NCBI GenBank assembly: GCA_051117555.1
Contig: JBNPEG010000158.1
Coordinates: 1 to 10,033 of the forward strand
Reading direction: 5' to 3'
DNA: 10,033 bases
From: Elainellaceae cyanobacterium
GTDB lineage: Bacteria; Cyanobacteriota; Cyanobacteriia; CAZCXK01
Notes under the pieces: generated by a model
Databases searched by the model: none
Told to the model about the DNA's origin: nothing
The model's input: the letters and a program-made list of their open reading frames with translations, nothing else
Program-made: the position numbers and the translations under genes
In this document: in pieces, positions 7,172 to 10,033 of the stretch
Position numbering within the stretch: the stretch's first letter is position 1
Layout of the letters: every line of letters begins with the position of its first letter

Positions 7172-9199
7172 AGACATGCTCTGAATTAGGTTGATAAACG
7201 CCGCTTCCAAGGTGAACGGAATGGATTGCAAAGTTGCCTCTTGGCCGATTGCGGCAAGGGTGGACTGTAGTGCAGGAATTTGCTGGGCGGGCTGATCGAG
7301 AATCAGATGCAGGCGATCGCCAAAAAAGGAGATGCGCCAGGGGGGAAGTTCAACCTGCAAGAGCGGCAAAATCGCTGACAAATCATTGGTTTGGAGTTCC
7401 ACCAACTGCCCAGACTGATTTGCCTTGAGTTGAGACGGAGAACCTTGAGCAATCAGTTCGCCCGATCGCATCAACACCAGCCGGGTGCAGTATTCTGCCT
7501 CTTCGAGGGAATGGGTTGTGACAATGACGGCAGTTCCTTGACGGGCTAAGTCTTGAAGCAACTGCCAAAACTGCCGCCGCGATAGAATATCCATCCCGGA
7601 CGTAGGTTCGTCTAAAAAGAGAATTTGCGGTTCGTGCATCACTGCTGCGCCAAACGCCACCCGTTGCCGATTGCCGCCCGATAGCTGTTCCACAGGCTGG
7701 TTGGCGTATCGGGTCAATCCCATCGTCGTCAATACCCAGTCCATTTTGAGGGAGCGGTGGCGGCGAGGAATGCGATAGACGCGACTGAAGAATTCTAGAT
7801 TTTCACGAACAGTCAGATCGGGATACAGCGTAAACGTTTGGCTCATATAGCCAATCTGCTGTTTCATCCGCTGGGGAGGCTGGAGCAATCCGTGGCGATC
7901 GACTAACCCGACCCGCCCTCGGCTCGGCTTCAGCAAGCCACACAGCAGCTTAATCAGCGTTGTCTTTCCGGCTCCGTTGGCTCCCAATAGTCCGCAGATT
8001 TCGCCCTGATGAATTTCTAAACTGACCCGCTTGACCGGCTGAACGTCGCGATAGACCTTCTGGAGAGAGTCGGCACGGAGCACTAGAGAGGGGGCTACCG
8101 TCTTAGACGTCAAGCACTCCGATCGCACAAAGGGAAAGGCAATTCGGGGAAATTCTGAGTGCTGCGATCGCAAATGAGCTGCCATGACGTTTTCCAGCGT
8201 CAGGGGAGCCGGTTGGATTCGCTGATAGGCGAGCTGATGCTGGTGCAGCAGGTGGCGAATTTCTGTTTCGGCAGCTTGGGGCTCTGCGGCTTGGGAATGG
8301 GTGATCAACACAGCGAGCCGATCGCCAAAGGGTTGCACATCGGCGATCGCCATCGAGGGGTGAGATTGAGCGGTTCTCAAGACCGATTCAATCGCCTGAA
8401 AGGTTTCTCCAGAGGCATGAGCGCCATCGTCTGGAACCACCTCCAAGGTGCGTAAGCCAGATTGACGCCGCAGTTCAGCAGGCGCTCCGATTTGCTGAAT
8501 GATGCCCTGATGGAGGAGGGCAACTCGATGACAGCGTTCTGCTTCGTCAAGATAATGGGTGGCAACAATGATGGTGACTCCACGACGGGCGATCGCGGGT
8601 AGCAAGTCCCAGATTTCACGCCGAGAGACAATATCAATGCCCGTTGATAGTTCATCCAGCAGTAAAACTTGGGGCTGAAAAATCAGCGCACAGCAGATTG
8701 CCAGCTTTTGTTTCATGCCGCCCGACAACTGCCCCGCGAGGCGATCGGCAACGGGCGCTAACCCAACCCATTGCAAGTACTTCTCCCGTCGTGTTTGAAA
8801 CACGTCCTCTGGCACGCGACGCACTTTGGCGCTGTAGCGGAGATTCTCATTTATGCTCAGGTCGGGATAGAGGGAAAACTGCTGAGTCAAATAGCCGATC
8901 GCATGACGGACTGCGTGAGGCAGTTGCCCCAAGACCTTGACTCGTCCGGCGGTGGCGCGGCGCACCCCTGCCAATATTTCTAACGTGGTCGTCTTTCCGG
9001 CTCCGTTCGTACCAATCAGTCCAAAGATCTCGCCCGGATGTACTTTAAAGTCGATGCCGCCGACTGCTGCATGGGCTCCATAGTGTTGACGTAAGCCTTG
9101 AACGTGGATGGCGAGGGATGGAGTGATAGGGGGATGGGGTGAGGGTTCCATTTGCGTCGGCTGATGCTTTAATTCGGTACTGCTGAGTTTTACGTCCAT
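7085..9199 (-). CDS. ABC transporter ATP-binding protein with two NBDs (YbhF-like)
   Basis: NBD1: GTNGAGKTT, LSGGMKQK, LLLDE, ATHY. NBD2: GANGAGKTT, LSGGNRQR, LFLDEP, TTHS. Start overlaps the upstream stop (TAATG). Confidence 0.95.
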   Translation of the reverse strand: MDVKLSSTELKHQPTQMEPSPHPPITPSLAIHVQGLRQHYGAHAAVGGIDFKVHPGEIFGLIGTNGAGKTTTLEILAGVRRATAGRVKVLGQLPHAVRHAIGYLTQQFSLYPDLSINENLRYSAKVRRVPEDVFQTRREKYLQWVGLAPVADRLAGQLSGGMKQKLAICCALIFQPQVLLLDELSTGIDIVSRREIWDLLPAIARRGVTIIVATHYLDEAERCHRVALLHQGIIQQIGAPAELRRQSGLRTLEVVPDDGAHASGETFQAIESVLRTAQSHPSMAIADVQPFGDRLAVLITHSQAAEPQAAETEIRHLLHQHQLAYQRIQPAPLTLENVMAAHLRSQHSEFPRIAFPFVRSECLTSKTVAPSLVLRADSLQKVYRDVQPVKRVSLEIHQGEICGLLGANGAGKTTLIKLLCGLLKPSRGRVGLVDRHGLLQPPQRMKQQIGYMSQTFTLYPDLTVRENLEFFSRVYRIPRRHRSLKMDWVLTTMGLTRYANQPVEQLSGGNRQRVAFGAAVMHEPQILFLDEPTSGMDILSRRQFWQLLQDLARQGTAVIVTTHSLEEAEYCTRLVLMRSGELIAQGSPSQLKANQSGQLVELQTNDLSAILPLLQVELPPWRISFFGDRLHLILDQPAQQIPALQSTLAAIGQEATLQSIPFTLEAAFINLIQSMSYGPTGSGLCGEPARRASSPHVQRPSARA
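9117..9148. repeat. Degenerate octamer tandem repeat inside the ATPase 5' end
   Basis: GATGGAGT GATAGGGG GATGGGGT GAGGGTTC; encodes the Pro-rich EPSPHPPITPS on the - strand. Confidence 0.5.
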
Positions 9200-9909
9200 T
9201 ACGCATCTCCTTCATGAATCACGATTTCAGCATCCGCAGGCATTCCGGGTTTGGCAAAGCCATGGGGATTTTCTAGCCGCAGGTTGACGCCAAACACTTG
9301 CTGCACTCGGTCGTCGCGGAAGTAGATATTCTCTGGCGTGAAGGAGGCTTGAGCATCAACAGCACTCACCTCAGCAGCTAAGGGGCGATCGGGGGCAGAG
9401 TCGAGATAAATCCGGGCAGATTGCCCAACCCGCACCCGACCAATCTCATCTCCTGGAATGAAGCCCCGCAAATAAACCTCCTCCGGATTAAGGACGGTGA
9501 TCAGCGTTGTTCCCGATGTGACGACAGTTCCGGGCTCAGCACTGCGGGTAATCACAATCCCGTCGAGAGGACTGACGATATCCAACTCGTTGATTCTCGC
9601 CAGAATTTCTTGCCGAGCCGCTTCTGCATTTGCTACCTCCGCTTGAGCAGTTGCCAGTTGCGATCGCGCGATTTGCAGTTGGCGATCGAGGGTATCCAGT
9701 TGCGCGGTTTGAATAGCTGGATTGAAGCGACTCGTCTGAGCCTGAGCCAGTGCACCCTGAGCCGCATTCACCTGACGTTGGGCAGCCGTAATCGCAGCAT
9801 TTTGGCTGTCGAGGGTGGCTTGAGCCGTTTCTACGGCAGTCTGTGCCTGATCGAGCTGCTGCTGGGCGATCGCCCCTTCCTGGTAGAGTTGGGCGAGGCG
9901 ATCGCGATC
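9199..9909 (-). pseudogene. 3' part of a HlyD/YbhG-type membrane fusion protein gene, interrupted by an IS
   Basis: The frame stays HlyD-like up to 9909 (DRDRLAQLYQEGAIAQQQLDQAQTAVETAQA...IVSPLDG...SFTPENIYFRDDRVQQVFGV...AKPGMPADAEI), then switches abruptly to an IS end with an in-frame TGA at 9919-9921. The TM anchor and N-terminal half are absent here. Confidence 0.85.
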
Positions 9910-10033
9910 GGGAGCATGTCACTTTTGCGCCCCAATCATGCCATTGAGGTAAGCGCAACGATGAGCCAGGACTTGTGGAACGTTGTTTTCATTCCACTGA
10001 GCACCTGAGATTTTGACGCGACGACCAATCTGC
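9910..10033 (-). mobile_element. Right end of an ISKra4-like (IS256/Mutator-related) insertion sequence, partial
   Basis: Terminal sequence GGGAGCATGTCACTTTTGC (9910-9928) resembles, from recall, the ends of cyanobacterial ISKra4-type elements and overlaps the transposase stop codon. The other end is outside the window. Confidence 0.82.
9919..10032 (-). CDS. C-terminus of an ISKra4-family transposase (partial, not in the ORF track)
   Basis: Manual translation QIGRRVKISGAQWNENNVPQVLAHRCAYLNGMIGAQK*, recognised as the segment that follows the GSGxxES motif in cyanobacterial ISKra4-type transposases. Confidence 0.82.
   Translation of the reverse strand, partial: QIGRRVKISGAQWNENNVPQVLAHRCAYLNGMIGAQK

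Noticed and set aside
9199..9771. A stand-alone 190-aa gene starting at GTG 9771
   Set aside because: HlyD-like sequence continues in frame to 9909, so this start is internal to a disrupted gene.
9890..9922. Hybrid outward promoter from GTGACA in the IS end
   Set aside because: No -10-like hexamer 16-18 nt downstream (sequence there is GCCTCG).
9421..10008. 195-aa + strand ORF and the 140-aa - strand ORF at 9536-9958
   Set aside because: Shadow frames of HlyD that cross the IS junction; no recognisable motifs.

Overview
Cyanobacterial DNA (at least 23 HIP1 GCGATCGC octamers by manual count). On the + strand: the 3' part of gmd, fcl (GDP-fucose synthesis), then a NemR-like TetR repressor and a glutathione S-transferase, each preceded by a NemR-box-like palindrome. 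On the - strand: a YbhGFSR-like ABC exporter operon (HlyD-type membrane fusion protein, double-NBD ATPase, two permeases) followed by a kynurenine 3-monooxygenase-like flavoprotein that abuts the GST tail-to-tail. The ORF track misses three things. (1) An ISKra4-like IS end at 9910 interrupts the HlyD gene next to a HIP1 site. (2) A 94-bp TA-flanked MITE-like element sits in the ATPase's apparent original TAA stop codon and supplies 28 extra residues; a collapsed relative lies after fcl. (3) The TetR has a Cys103/Lys172 pair with the spacing of the NemR redox switch, suggesting an electrophile/oxidant-responsive TetR-GST unit.
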